From the NCBI GenBank assembly GCA_963732005.1, contig CAVSXT010000005.1, positions 237,788 through 301,787 of the forward strand: a DNA stretch of 64,000 bases, in the 5' to 3' direction. The stretch's first letter is position 1. Every line of letters starts with the position of its first letter. A program made the position numbers and the translations under genes. The notes under the pieces were generated by a model. That model did not search any database. It saw nothing but the letters and a program-made list of their open reading frames with translations, and was not told the origin of the DNA. This DNA is from an uncultured Acidobacteriota bacterium (GTDB lineage Bacteria > Acidobacteriota > Thermoanaerobaculia > Multivoradales > UBA5704). Below are positions 47,901 to 56,648 of the stretch, in pieces.

Positions 47901-49568
47901 TTGATCGTCGTCGACTCGGGAGACCAGCAGCTCGGCGTCGCCGGCCAGGCGCTGCCGCGGCCGCTGGCGGCGGCCGTGGTCGATGCCGGCGGGAACCGCC
48001 TGGCCGAGGTGGCGGCCAGCTTCCGGGTGGTCAAGGGCGCCGGCCAGCTCGCCAACGGCCAGCAGACCATGGCGCTCACCACCGACAGCGACGGCCGGCT
48101 CATCGCGGCGCTCACCACCGATCCGGCCGAGGGCGTCGCCAACAACGTGGTCGAGGCCACGATCGATGGTCTCGCCGGCGGGCTGGTGGCGAGCTTCACC
48201 GCCTCCACCTGGGCGGCGGGGGACCCCAGCCTGACGGCGGTGAGCGGGGTGGTGCTCGACAACAGCAATCTGCCGCTCGCCGGGGTCACCATCCGCATCC
48301 GGGACACCGCCCTGACCGCGGTCACCGATGCCCAGGGGCTGTTCCAGATCGCGCCGGCGCCGGTCGGCACGCTCAAGCTGATCGTCGACGGCAGCACCGC
48401 GCAGCGCTCCGGCGCCTGGCCGGACCTGGAATTCGACCTCACCACGGTGCCGGGACGCAACAACACGGTGCGCATGCCGATCTACCTGCTGCCGCTCGAC
48501 CTGGCGCACGGCATCCAGGTGGACGAGACGCACGGCGGCACGCTGACCCTGCCGCAGCTCCCCGGCTTCGCGCTGCAGATCCAGCCGGGCTCGGTCACCT
48601 TCCCCGGCGGCGGCCGCAGCGGCGTGGTGAGCGTGACGGTGGTGCACAGCGACAAGGTGCCGATGGTCCCCAACTTCGGCCAGCAGCCGCGGCTGATCGT
48701 GACCATCCAGCCGGCCGGCGCCCTGTTCAATCCGCCCGCCCAGCTCACCATGCCGAACGTCGAGGGTCTGGCCCCCGGCCAGGTGACCGAGCTCTACTCC
48801 TTCGACCACGACCTCGGGCACTTCGTGAGCATCGGCCCCGCCACGGTGAGCGACGACGGCAGCGTCGTCACCTCCAACGTCGGCGTCGGCATCCTCAAGG
48901 CCGGCTGGCACTGCTGCGGGTTTCCGCAGGGCAGCGGGACTCCCAACAGCTGCCCTGAGTGCACGGACTGTACAGGCGACCAGTGCAAGGCAAGGGATCT
49001 TTGCACAGCCTGCAAGAGCCCTCCGGGTCCGGGCTATTCCTGTAATGGTCCAAAAGACTGCGCACCTCCTAACGCGATCCTCCCCAACATCGCCGACAGA
49101 GTCAGGCTACAGGTCGACAAGCAGAGCACTCAAGTCTTCCAATGTCCGGACGATCCCAATGGTCCGCCTGACAAAGCCCAACGCTGCGGCGCGTCCATGT
49201 TCTTTAACTATTCAAGTGTGGATCCTCATTGTGGTTCCATCGATCTCGCAGGAAATAGCTGGTCGGAAACCGCTACCAGTGACTATAATTGCAGCGGAGC
49301 GCTCCAGCACAAGGCGATCGTGATTGGTTCCGGTTGCAGCGTCGATCCGGGGAACGCCCTGACAGGCTGCCATGATGAGTTCTCCGTATGTCTCGACCCT
49401 AGTTCGCTTCCTCTCGGCGATTGTATTGAGACAGCGCAGCAGCAAATTCTCTGGCAGCCTTATGGCAGTGATAACAAGTATCCAGGCGAGACCGTTACCG
49501 TGGTGTTTACCTTCCATAGGACACAGTCCGGATGCACCGGCAGCATATCGGTCACCCGGATGCCATAG
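44940..49568 (+). CDS. Giant secreted protein: 2x DNRLRE-like, multiple Ig-like, carboxypeptidase-regulatory-like domains, Cys-rich C-terminal tip
   Basis: RBS GAGGAGG; signal peptide; two 'ADS/TY..P....G....L.V......LVxFD' units; repeated 'P.V.I.SP' Ig units; 'GWHCCG' at 48903-48920 followed by a Cys-rich, lower-GC tail. Confidence 0.82.
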   Translation: MSKAVGRLEGGLRPALRRQSGRMAVALAVGLLAAVAGSARLCGQTVTLQAIADSTIKQESPNQSFGAQATLVVKEGGSRVLVRFDPAAIGAAVGGGSLASAQLRLYIGTNGGNWGTTGRTVDVYRADASWTEMGATWNCAVDANPANSVADCATPWNGGTIEDDATDTVVVTNTSSGWIQFDVTADVQAFLAGTANDGWLLEKTDEGQGGRVDLVSREGSAGQGPQLVLISQSAAVDTVPPAVAIVAPAQPVLVNMPSPPIAVAYQDGGSGVDTSTLRVVLDGQDLTAGCTVGAQSASCTSPALAAGAHTVTANVQDHAGNAATASRSFQLFLGPAVSTLTLPAVADTYITGAAPDKEHGRAAILRVAKSGPRRALVQFDPAALAAALAGSQLLSAQLELAIAANGNNWGTSGRTVGVYPMTVAWSEAAATWDCPADTNLDNHQPDCAARWNGGAFAASPTATALLTRDLGGTLDFDVTADVAAFLAGTASDGWLLKKTDEAASGRADFVSREAGSGQAAQLVVVFQVPAPDTTPPTLTITSPADGSYSRTPSIQVTGTIGGTVAAVTVGGQPASLAQGGFTASVTLVQGANVLVAVATDAAGNQASATALVTLDTTPPTLTLTTPSPGQLTNQPQVQVAGSATDDSGIATLTVGGQPVTLAASGKFSTLVPVGEGVSSIEVDAVDLAGNQQTVVVSVNRFSIPTVAIVSPPDLSYVNATTVTVSGTVGAAVTVSVNGVAAAVSGNSFTAAGVPLAEGGNSLTATATDAQGHVGLATINVVRDLTPPHVAIYTPAAGATVGDSAVAVSGLVNDIVAGTVNAGNVQVTVNGVPAVVANRAFLAPAVRLQPGTNVLTAVAVDASGNQAQTSVTVQQARPAAPSVAVVLGGGQSAVIGTVLAQPLVAVVQDAVGQPVPGKTVLFRVRGGNGTLDGGRRDLGVTSDANGQALVHFTLGTRAGAGNQVVEASAVGSGPPAVFLASALPGAPALIVVDSGDQQLGVAGQALPRPLAAAVVDAGGNRLAEVAASFRVVKGAGQLANGQQTMALTTDSDGRLIAALTTDPAEGVANNVVEATIDGLAGGLVASFTASTWAAGDPSLTAVSGVVLDNSNLPLAGVTIRIRDTALTAVTDAQGLFQIAPAPVGTLKLIVDGSTAQRSGAWPDLEFDLTTVPGRNNTVRMPIYLLPLDLAHGIQVDETHGGTLTLPQLPGFALQIQPGSVTFPGGGRSGVVSVTVVHSDKVPMVPNFGQQPRLIVTIQPAGALFNPPAQLTMPNVEGLAPGQVTELYSFDHDLGHFVSIGPATVSDDGSVVTSNVGVGILKAGWHCCGFPQGSGTPNSCPECTDCTGDQCKARDLCTACKSPPGPGYSCNGPKDCAPPNAILPNIADRVRLQVDKQSTQVFQCPDDPNGPPDKAQRCGASMFFNYSSVDPHCGSIDLAGNSWSETATSDYNCSGALQHKAIVIGSGCSVDPGNALTGCHDEFSVCLDPSSLPLGDCIETAQQQILWQPYGSDNKYPGETVTVVFTFHRTQSGCTGSISVTRMP

Positions 49569-49572
49569 CGCT

Positions 49573-51504
49573 ATGCGTTCCAGCCCTCGGTTTGCCGGCG
49601 TCTGCGCGATGAGGCTTCTGGCCTTCTATCCGCTGATTGCAACCCAGCTCTTCTTTCATCCGGCGGTCGCGACCGTATGCCCCTGGACGGAGGTGGGTGG
49701 AGAGAGGCTGCTCGACGGCCGCGTAGGGTCCTTTTCCTCCACGGACATGACGGTCGAAGGGGTCTGGGACGCGCTGGTTAGCCAGCACGCCGTTCCACTG
49801 TCGTTCATCCAGGCCGCACCCGAAGCCAAAGTCAGCCTCGACCTCCGCGGGGCCACGGTCCGCCAGGTGCTCGACGCCGTGGTGGCTCGCGCTCCGGCAT
49901 ATCGCTATGAGGTCATCGGTGACCGACTCGTGTTGTTTCCGCGTGACCTGAAATGGGAGATGCGCCTCGAGGGCTTCACCTCCGGGCCGGCACGCCGCCT
50001 GGACGTGGCGGTCGACCTCGTCCGCGAGCTGAAGCGAAGAGACCCCGACTTCGCGGGGTTGATCGCGCCCGCGTATAGAGTCATTGGCAGCGAGGGAGCA
50101 ATCTACCGTGACGTCGTGAAGGTGGTCTCACCGGGTACGATCCTCGAGCTGCTGGTGCAGCTCCTGGGCCAGCGTCCATCTGCCGTGTTCTCCCTGGGCC
50201 GAGATCGCTGGGGGCATCAATTCCTTGACCTTAGCGGGGTGCAGCTGCTGCAGTCCTTCGAGTTGACGGCGCCATCGACCACCTTGCGGGATAGGGCCGA
50301 CACAGTGCAGCTCAAGGTGCTGGGCAGATTGAGGGGCCTGGGCGAGCGACTGGACTTCACTGCCGGTGGCTGTGGCACCACCTATTCATCCAGCGACGAA
50401 GGGGTGATCACTGTCAGCGCCGACGGGTTGGTTAGTGTACGTGGCACCGGTAGGGCAGTGGTCATCGCAAGAAACGACGACAGCTTGTCCTCTCTGCCCT
50501 TGACCGTCATCCTTACCGCTGAGCAGGTACGTCCGCGACCCGGGGCGCCGCCGCGGGCCACCGGAGGCGGCAAGCCCCTGGTGGCGGCAGCTCTACAGCT
50601 TGCCCAGGGGGCAGCCGCAGCCTGCTCATGGCCTGAGGCGACTGGCGAGCGGTTGCTCGCACGCAAGGTCGGCGATCTCTCGGTGACGCTGGTCGAGGTG
50701 GAGAAGGCGGTCGCCGAGATCGCCAAGCAGAGTGACCTGCCGATGTCGTTCATCCAGGCCGATTCACACCGCAAGATCAGCCTGACTCTGCGCGACGCGA
50801 GCGTGCGGCAGGCACTGGACGAGATCCTCCGGCAAGCGCCCGAATATCGCTACGGCCTGGTGGCCGAGCGCCTGGTGCTGTATCCGCACGATCCGATCTG
50901 GGAAACGCGGCTGGACAACCTGAGTCTGGGTCCCGGACCGCGCTTTGCGGTGACGGGTGAGCTGGCGAAGGAGCTATCCCGGCGTTTGCCCGCCCTCGCC
51001 TACCTTTCAGGCCCCTGGATGCTCGGCAACGGCAACAGCTACACCTATAGAGACATCGTCAGCGTGACCGGACCCGGCTCGATCCTTGATTTATTCGTCC
51101 AGCTCCTCGGCGGCCGCCCCTCTACCTTCTTCATCCTGGACAAGCCGAGCGAGGTGCGCGGCAGCCTGTCGGTGAGCTCGATGGACCAGCTACGTTCCCT
51201 GAAGGTGACGGCGCCGACCACGACATTTCATCGCTCTGGCGAAGCTGCGCAGCTAAAAATGACTGGGCTGTTGAGAAGTGGCGGAGAGAAGGATCTCTCC
51301 GCGGGTGCGTGCGGGACGGTCTACTCGGTCAACGACGATCGAGTCGTCGGTGTCACCGCCGACGGTCTGGTGAGCGCTGGTGTCAACGGCACCGCGGCGG
51401 TCACGGTGTCAAACGAGCATTCGTCCGCGTCGATCGTTTTCGAGGTCCGTCGATCCGACTCTCCGGCGCCGGCCGCGCCTTTGGCGCCGGCCGGCAAGGA
51501 GTAG
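49573..51504 (+). CDS. Secreted protein with two tandem [STN-like + Ig-like (Big_2)] units
   Basis: Duplicated 'PLSFIQA....KVSLDLRGATVRQVLD.VV..AP.YRY.VI.DRLVLFP' and 'CGTxYSxxDxxVITVxADGLVS'. Start at 49573 or 49609. Confidence 0.68.
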   Translation: MRSSPRFAGVCAMRLLAFYPLIATQLFFHPAVATVCPWTEVGGERLLDGRVGSFSSTDMTVEGVWDALVSQHAVPLSFIQAAPEAKVSLDLRGATVRQVLDAVVARAPAYRYEVIGDRLVLFPRDLKWEMRLEGFTSGPARRLDVAVDLVRELKRRDPDFAGLIAPAYRVIGSEGAIYRDVVKVVSPGTILELLVQLLGQRPSAVFSLGRDRWGHQFLDLSGVQLLQSFELTAPSTTLRDRADTVQLKVLGRLRGLGERLDFTAGGCGTTYSSSDEGVITVSADGLVSVRGTGRAVVIARNDDSLSSLPLTVILTAEQVRPRPGAPPRATGGGKPLVAAALQLAQGAAAACSWPEATGERLLARKVGDLSVTLVEVEKAVAEIAKQSDLPMSFIQADSHRKISLTLRDASVRQALDEILRQAPEYRYGLVAERLVLYPHDPIWETRLDNLSLGPGPRFAVTGELAKELSRRLPALAYLSGPWMLGNGNSYTYRDIVSVTGPGSILDLFVQLLGGRPSTFFILDKPSEVRGSLSVSSMDQLRSLKVTAPTTTFHRSGEAAQLKMTGLLRSGGEKDLSAGACGTVYSVNDDRVVGVTADGLVSAGVNGTAAVTVSNEHSSASIVFEVRRSDSPAPAAPLAPAGKE

Positions 51505-51518
51505 CGGTGGGGAGGCCG

Positions 51519-52628
51519 ATGCGACTGTCCAAGAGCGGTGCGCTGGTGACTGTCATATCGGGGGCGCGCTTCGACGGGTCGTGTCAGGAGGCGATAGCGC
51601 CCTTTCGATTGCCTCTCCTCGCTGGTGCCTGGAGGCTGCTTCTCGGGATCGGCGTGCTGGCGCTCAATGCGTTCGCTCCGCGACCAGCAAGTGGACAGGT
51701 GATCGATTTGTCGGTTGTGGATGTTCCGGTCTCCGCAGGGGCCAAGGAGGCTTGCGAATGGACTGGCCCCTCCGTGGAATGGGTGCTGGCGAGGCGTCTG
51801 CCTGCTGGCGAGATATCGGGTTCGTTGGAATCTGAGGTCATTCCGTACTTGAATCGGTACGGTCCGGTATCCTTCATAACGAAGGGCACCGGCGACAAGC
51901 AGGTTCGGCTACAGATTGGCCAGGGCGCCACGATGCGGGAGGTCCTCGGGCAGATGGGGGGCGAGGCTTCCGACTACCGCTTTGGAGCGATCGATGGCAG
52001 ACTCGTCCTCTATCCGAAAGGAGAGATGTACGAGACTGTGGTCGAGCTCGGGCCGCTGGCCAGGATGAAGCGATCGGAGGCTTTTTTCTCCCTGATCAGG
52101 AGCCTAAAGGATTGGAGCAAAGCATTTCAGACCCTCGAGCTACCGACCTTCCGCGGGTCCCTGGTCGTAATGGAGAAAGAGGGATCGAAGCCGGGAGACT
52201 TTAACGCGGGTTCGGAAAAGTTTCCCTACCAAGACATGATCGAGGTCGGTGGCAAGCGATCAGTCCTCGAGCATCTGGTGTCCTTGATCCAGAAGCGCCC
52301 ATCGCAGACGTTTCGAATGCTCGACACAGGCGATGGCCATCTCGTTCTTGACCTCGATTCGACGCCTTTGGTGGAGAATCTCAAAGTGCACCTGCCGTCA
52401 GCGGTCAGGGTCGGCGATAGCTTCGACGCATTGGTAACCGGGACGCTCGACGACGGTACGGTCGTTTCGCTCGCGGGGCCGGAGTGCTATGTCAGCTATG
52501 ACGTCGATAGGGCTGAAGTTCTTGAGATCGACGGTCTGGGGAGGACGGTCGCGAGAAAAAAGGGCGTGGGGACCATTGTTGTCACGTATGAGCACCAGTT
52601 TGCCCGCGCTCAGGTTGAGGTCCAATGA
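51519..52628 (+). CDS. Secreted protein with one [STN-like + Ig-like] unit (paralog of the previous gene)
   Basis: 'PVSFIT......VRLQIGQGATMREVL.QM......YRFGAIDGRLVLYP'; 'CYVSYDVDRAEVLEIDGLG'. Confidence 0.62.
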   Translation: MRLSKSGALVTVISGARFDGSCQEAIAPFRLPLLAGAWRLLLGIGVLALNAFAPRPASGQVIDLSVVDVPVSAGAKEACEWTGPSVEWVLARRLPAGEISGSLESEVIPYLNRYGPVSFITKGTGDKQVRLQIGQGATMREVLGQMGGEASDYRFGAIDGRLVLYPKGEMYETVVELGPLARMKRSEAFFSLIRSLKDWSKAFQTLELPTFRGSLVVMEKEGSKPGDFNAGSEKFPYQDMIEVGGKRSVLEHLVSLIQKRPSQTFRMLDTGDGHLVLDLDSTPLVENLKVHLPSAVRVGDSFDALVTGTLDDGTVVSLAGPECYVSYDVDRAEVLEIDGLGRTVARKKGVGTIVVTYEHQFARAQVEVQ

Positions 52629-55600
52629 CGATCGGAGAACGGATGCGCCGGCAAGGGAGTTTGACCTCAGCGGCAGGCGCGCCTTTTCTGCTGCTCTTCC
52701 TCGCTGCCTCGGCTGCATGGGGCCAGCTCGACCAGACCTGCACGGTCAGCGCGCTCAACCGCACGGCGCCGGTGGACGCCAACGGCGTCTGGGTGCTGAC
52801 CAACGTGCCGATCGGCTCGGGGCAGATCCGGGTGCGCGCCACCTGCGTCGCCAACGGCGTCACCCGCTCCGGGCAGTCGAGCCTGATCACCATCCCCGCC
52901 AACGGGGTGATCACCGTCGACGACATCTCGTTCGCTCAATTGCAGCCGATCCCGACGCTGCTCACGCTCGCGGCGCCGGTGGCGTCGCTCGGGAGCGCGG
53001 GCCAGCAGGTGCAGCTCGCCGCGACGGCGACCTATCCGGACGCCTCGCAGGCCGACGTCACGCCGGGCGCCTCCGGCACCGGCTACCGGTCGAGCAATCC
53101 GGCGATCGCCAGCGTCGATGCCAACGGCGTGGTGACCGCGCTGCTGAGCGGCGTGGTGATGATCAGCGCGCTCAACGAGGGGGTGCTCGGGGTGCTGCGC
53201 CTGCAGGTGGTGCTCGCCGGCAGCACGGCCGGGGACGGCATCCCCGACGACTGGAAGGTCGCGCACGGCCTCGATCCGAACGACCCCTACGTGGCGATGG
53301 AGGACCCGGACAACGACGGCCTCACCAACCTCGAGGAGTACCAGAACGGCACCGATCCCAACAACCCGGACACCGACGGCGACGGCCTCTCCGACGGCGA
53401 CGAGGTGCACGTCTACCACACCAACCCGCTGCTCTGGGACACCGATGGCGACGGCCTCGCGGATGGGGTCGAGGTGCGCACCGGCAGCGATCCGCTCGAC
53501 AGCCACAGCTTCAACCTGGCGGCGGCGCTCGCCGCGATCACGGTCTCGCCGGCCGCGTTCACCCTGGCCTTCAACACGGTCGGCGGCGAGGCGTCGCGGC
53601 AGCTGTCGGCGCAGGGCAGCGTCATCGACGGCCGGACCATCGACCTGTTCAATCCGCTCTACCAGGCCCAGGTCCAGGTCGCATCGAGCAACCTGGCGGT
53701 GGCGAGCTTCGGAGCGCAGCCGGGCCGGGTGTATGCCGGGCAGAGCGGCACCGCCACGATCGCGGTGACGGTGAGCCACGGCGGCCCTGCCGCGACGTCG
53801 AGCGTCACGGTGACGACGTTCTCGCCGGTCGCGCTGGCCTTCCTGCCGCTTCCCGGCTTTCAGAACGCGGTCGAGGTGGCCGGCAACTTCGCGTTCCTGG
53901 CCTCCGGCGCCTACGGGCTGGCGGTCGTGGACGTGACCAATCTGCAGGCCCCGGAGCTGGTCGCGCAGCTGGCCACCCTGGGCAGCGCCAACGACGTGCG
54001 GGTCGCGGGCACCATGGCCTACGTCGCCGAGACCATCGGGCTGCAGCTGGTGGACGTGAGCGAGCCGGCGCATCCCGTGCAGCTCGGCAGCGTGAGCTTC
54101 CCGGGTGGCGACCAGGGGCGCCTGGCGGTCGGTGGCAGCCTGGTGTATCTCGCCGACCTGAATTTCGGCCTGCACGTGGTGGACGTGACGAATCCCCTGC
54201 AGCCGGTCGAGGTCGGCAGGCTGGCGCTCACGGGCACCCCGCGCGCGGTGAGCCTGGGCGGCACCGGGCAGGGCGGCTTCGGCCTGAGCGGATCGTATGC
54301 GGTGGTCGCCTGCGGCGACGGGGGCGTGGCGGTCGTCGACGTGAGCGTGCCGGCGGCGCCGGTCCTCGTGGGCATCACCGCTCCCGACCAACCGCGCGCC
54401 GGTAGCGTCACGGTGCGCGGGCACTACGCCTACGTGGCCGCCGGGGAGGCCGGGATCTACGGCGGCTTGCACGTCGTCGAGCTGGCGGACCCGACCAACC
54501 CCGTGGACCTGGGGACCGGCGAGGACGATCTGGGAGTGGTCCGCGTGGCGCTGGCGGACGGGTTCGCGCTGGGCGCGCAGTTCTTCATCGCCGGCCAGGT
54601 GGCGATCTTCGGGGTCGGCAGCCTGCCGCCGGCCTACACCGCGGTGCTCGACCTGAGCACGGTGCCCGGCGCCGGCGGGGTGGTCGCGCCGCGGGGCAGC
54701 GACATCGCCGTGCGCAACGGCGCGGTGTTCATCGCCGGCAACGGCCAGCAGCTGGGCGAGTTCATCGACTACGCCACGGCCCAGGGCGGTCTCTACACCG
54801 GGCTCTTCGAGTTGCCGGTGGACGGCGATACCAATCCCCCGGCGGTGAGCATCACCTCGCCGGCGGCGGGCGCGCCGCTGCTGGAGCGGCTGCCGGTGAC
54901 GGTGGCGGTGACCGCGCAGGACGAGGTGTCGGTGGCCTCGGTCGGCATCCTGGTCAACGGCGCGATGGTCGAAACGCTCTACCAGCCGCCCTACCAGGTC
55001 GCCCTGCAACCGCCAGCCGGGCAGGCGGCGATGACCCTCGGCGCCGTGGCGACGAACCTCGGCGGCGTGCAGGCGACCACGCAGGAGACGTTCGTCGTGC
55101 AGCCCTATCCGCTGCCGGTGGCGAGGCTGCTGGCGCCGGTTCCCGGCCAGGTTTTGATCGACGGCATGCCGCTCATCATCGCGGTCGCGGCGAGCGACGC
55201 CGTGGCGGTGACGCGGGTCGAGGTCTATGTGAACGGCCAGCTGGCCGGCACGCTTTCGGCGCCGCCGTACCTCTTCCAGGTGACGGTCCCGCGCGGGTCG
55301 GCAGCGCTCGCGGTGACGGCGCTCGCCTACGACGCGCTCGGGGCGGGGGCGCCGTCGGCGCCGGTGACCGTCACGGTGCAGCCGGACGTGCCGCCGACGG
55401 TGGCGATCTTCTCGCCGCTCGACGGCGCGCAGGTGACCGAGGGCAGCGTGGTGCCGATCGTGGCGGGAGCCAGCGACGCGACTGGTATCTCGAGCGTGCT
55501 GTTCGATCTCTTCGGCATGGAATTCACGGGTGCTGCCACCGCGCCGTTCGTGGCTTCGATCGTCGCGCCGCCGGCCGGCCAGACCGCGGTGCTGTCGGTT

Positions 55601-56647
55601 GTCGCCACCGACAACGTGGGCTTGGCGGCGCAGTCCGCCCCGGTGACCATCACCAGCGTCGTCGATCCGGGAACGGCGGTGAGCGGGCTGGTCGTGGACC
55701 CGGCCGGCGCCCGCGTCGCGGGAGCGAGCGTGAGCGTGTTCGTGGGCGGCGTGGCGGCGGCGACCACCACCTCCGGCGCGGACGGCTCCTTCACGGTGGG
55801 CGGCCTGCCCACCAACAGCGGCGACTTCGTGGTGGGCGTGGTCGGCACGCTGGGCGGCTGCCCCGCCGCCGCCGAGGCCGAGGTGCCGCCGCCGCCGCCG
55901 GGCCAGAACGAAGCGCTCGGCTACCTGACGCTGGTCGCGGCTGCCGTGCCGCAGCCGACCACGGTGATTGGCAGCGTCCTGGGCGCCGACGGCCAGGGAC
56001 TGGCGGACGTCACCGTCACCGTCTCGAGCGCCGATCTGGCCGACACCGCCACCGTGGTGAGCGGCCCCGCCGGCGTCTTCACGATCGCCGCGTTCCCGGC
56101 GCGGGCGTGGACGCTGCAGGCCGAGGCGACGATCACCATCGGTGGCGTCATGCTCTACGCTGCCAGCGGCGCCAACGGCCCGCACGCGGTCGCCGGCGGC
56201 ACCACGGACCTGGGCTCGCTCGCGCTCCAGCCCTATCCGTTCACCGGCCCCGACCCGCTGACCACGGTGACCGGCCAGGTCTTCACCTCCGATGGCTCGC
56301 CGGGGTCGGGCGCCCAGGTGGTGATCGACATCGGCTACGCCCAGCTCGTCGCGACGGCCGCCGCCGATGGCACCTTCGCCGTCGCCGGCGTGCCCACGCT
56401 GCAGGGCGCGGTCACGGTTACCGCCTCGCTGCACCTGCCCTGCCACGTCCTGCTGGTCGCCGGGCCGGTGACGGTGAGCCAGCTCGCGCTGGGCGGCCTG
56501 ACCGCCGTCAGCATGCCGCAGCTGGTGCCCGATCCCGGGCCGCCGCCGCCGATCATCTTCACCTCCGTGCCGATCGAACCTCGGCGAGGGGACCCGGCGA
56601 GCGGCAGGGACGCCGGCGGACCGCTCGCCACGGCATCCATGCCCTGA
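52625..56647 (+). CDS. Large surface protein with Ig-like domains, Ca-binding DxDxDG repeats, LVIVD repeats and carboxypeptidase-regulatory-like domains
   Basis: Signal peptide; 'DPDNDGLTNLEEY', 'DTDGDGLSDGDE'; repeated 'L.VVDV..P..P' LVIVD units; Ig-like 'P.V.I.SP' units. Confidence 0.82.
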   Translation: MTIGERMRRQGSLTSAAGAPFLLLFLAASAAWGQLDQTCTVSALNRTAPVDANGVWVLTNVPIGSGQIRVRATCVANGVTRSGQSSLITIPANGVITVDDISFAQLQPIPTLLTLAAPVASLGSAGQQVQLAATATYPDASQADVTPGASGTGYRSSNPAIASVDANGVVTALLSGVVMISALNEGVLGVLRLQVVLAGSTAGDGIPDDWKVAHGLDPNDPYVAMEDPDNDGLTNLEEYQNGTDPNNPDTDGDGLSDGDEVHVYHTNPLLWDTDGDGLADGVEVRTGSDPLDSHSFNLAAALAAITVSPAAFTLAFNTVGGEASRQLSAQGSVIDGRTIDLFNPLYQAQVQVASSNLAVASFGAQPGRVYAGQSGTATIAVTVSHGGPAATSSVTVTTFSPVALAFLPLPGFQNAVEVAGNFAFLASGAYGLAVVDVTNLQAPELVAQLATLGSANDVRVAGTMAYVAETIGLQLVDVSEPAHPVQLGSVSFPGGDQGRLAVGGSLVYLADLNFGLHVVDVTNPLQPVEVGRLALTGTPRAVSLGGTGQGGFGLSGSYAVVACGDGGVAVVDVSVPAAPVLVGITAPDQPRAGSVTVRGHYAYVAAGEAGIYGGLHVVELADPTNPVDLGTGEDDLGVVRVALADGFALGAQFFIAGQVAIFGVGSLPPAYTAVLDLSTVPGAGGVVAPRGSDIAVRNGAVFIAGNGQQLGEFIDYATAQGGLYTGLFELPVDGDTNPPAVSITSPAAGAPLLERLPVTVAVTAQDEVSVASVGILVNGAMVETLYQPPYQVALQPPAGQAAMTLGAVATNLGGVQATTQETFVVQPYPLPVARLLAPVPGQVLIDGMPLIIAVAASDAVAVTRVEVYVNGQLAGTLSAPPYLFQVTVPRGSAALAVTALAYDALGAGAPSAPVTVTVQPDVPPTVAIFSPLDGAQVTEGSVVPIVAGASDATGISSVLFDLFGMEFTGAATAPFVASIVAPPAGQTAVLSVVATDNVGLAAQSAPVTITSVVDPGTAVSGLVVDPAGARVAGASVSVFVGGVAAATTTSGADGSFTVGGLPTNSGDFVVGVVGTLGGCPAAAEAEVPPPPPGQNEALGYLTLVAAAVPQPTTVIGSVLGADGQGLADVTVTVSSADLADTATVVSGPAGVFTIAAFPARAWTLQAEATITIGGVMLYAASGANGPHAVAGGTTDLGSLALQPYPFTGPDPLTTVTGQVFTSDGSPGSGAQVVIDIGYAQLVATAAADGTFAVAGVPTLQGAVTVTASLHLPCHVLLVAGPVTVSQLALGGLTAVSMPQLVPDPGPPPPIIFTSVPIEPRRGDPASGRDAGGPLATASMP

Positions 56648-56648
56648 G

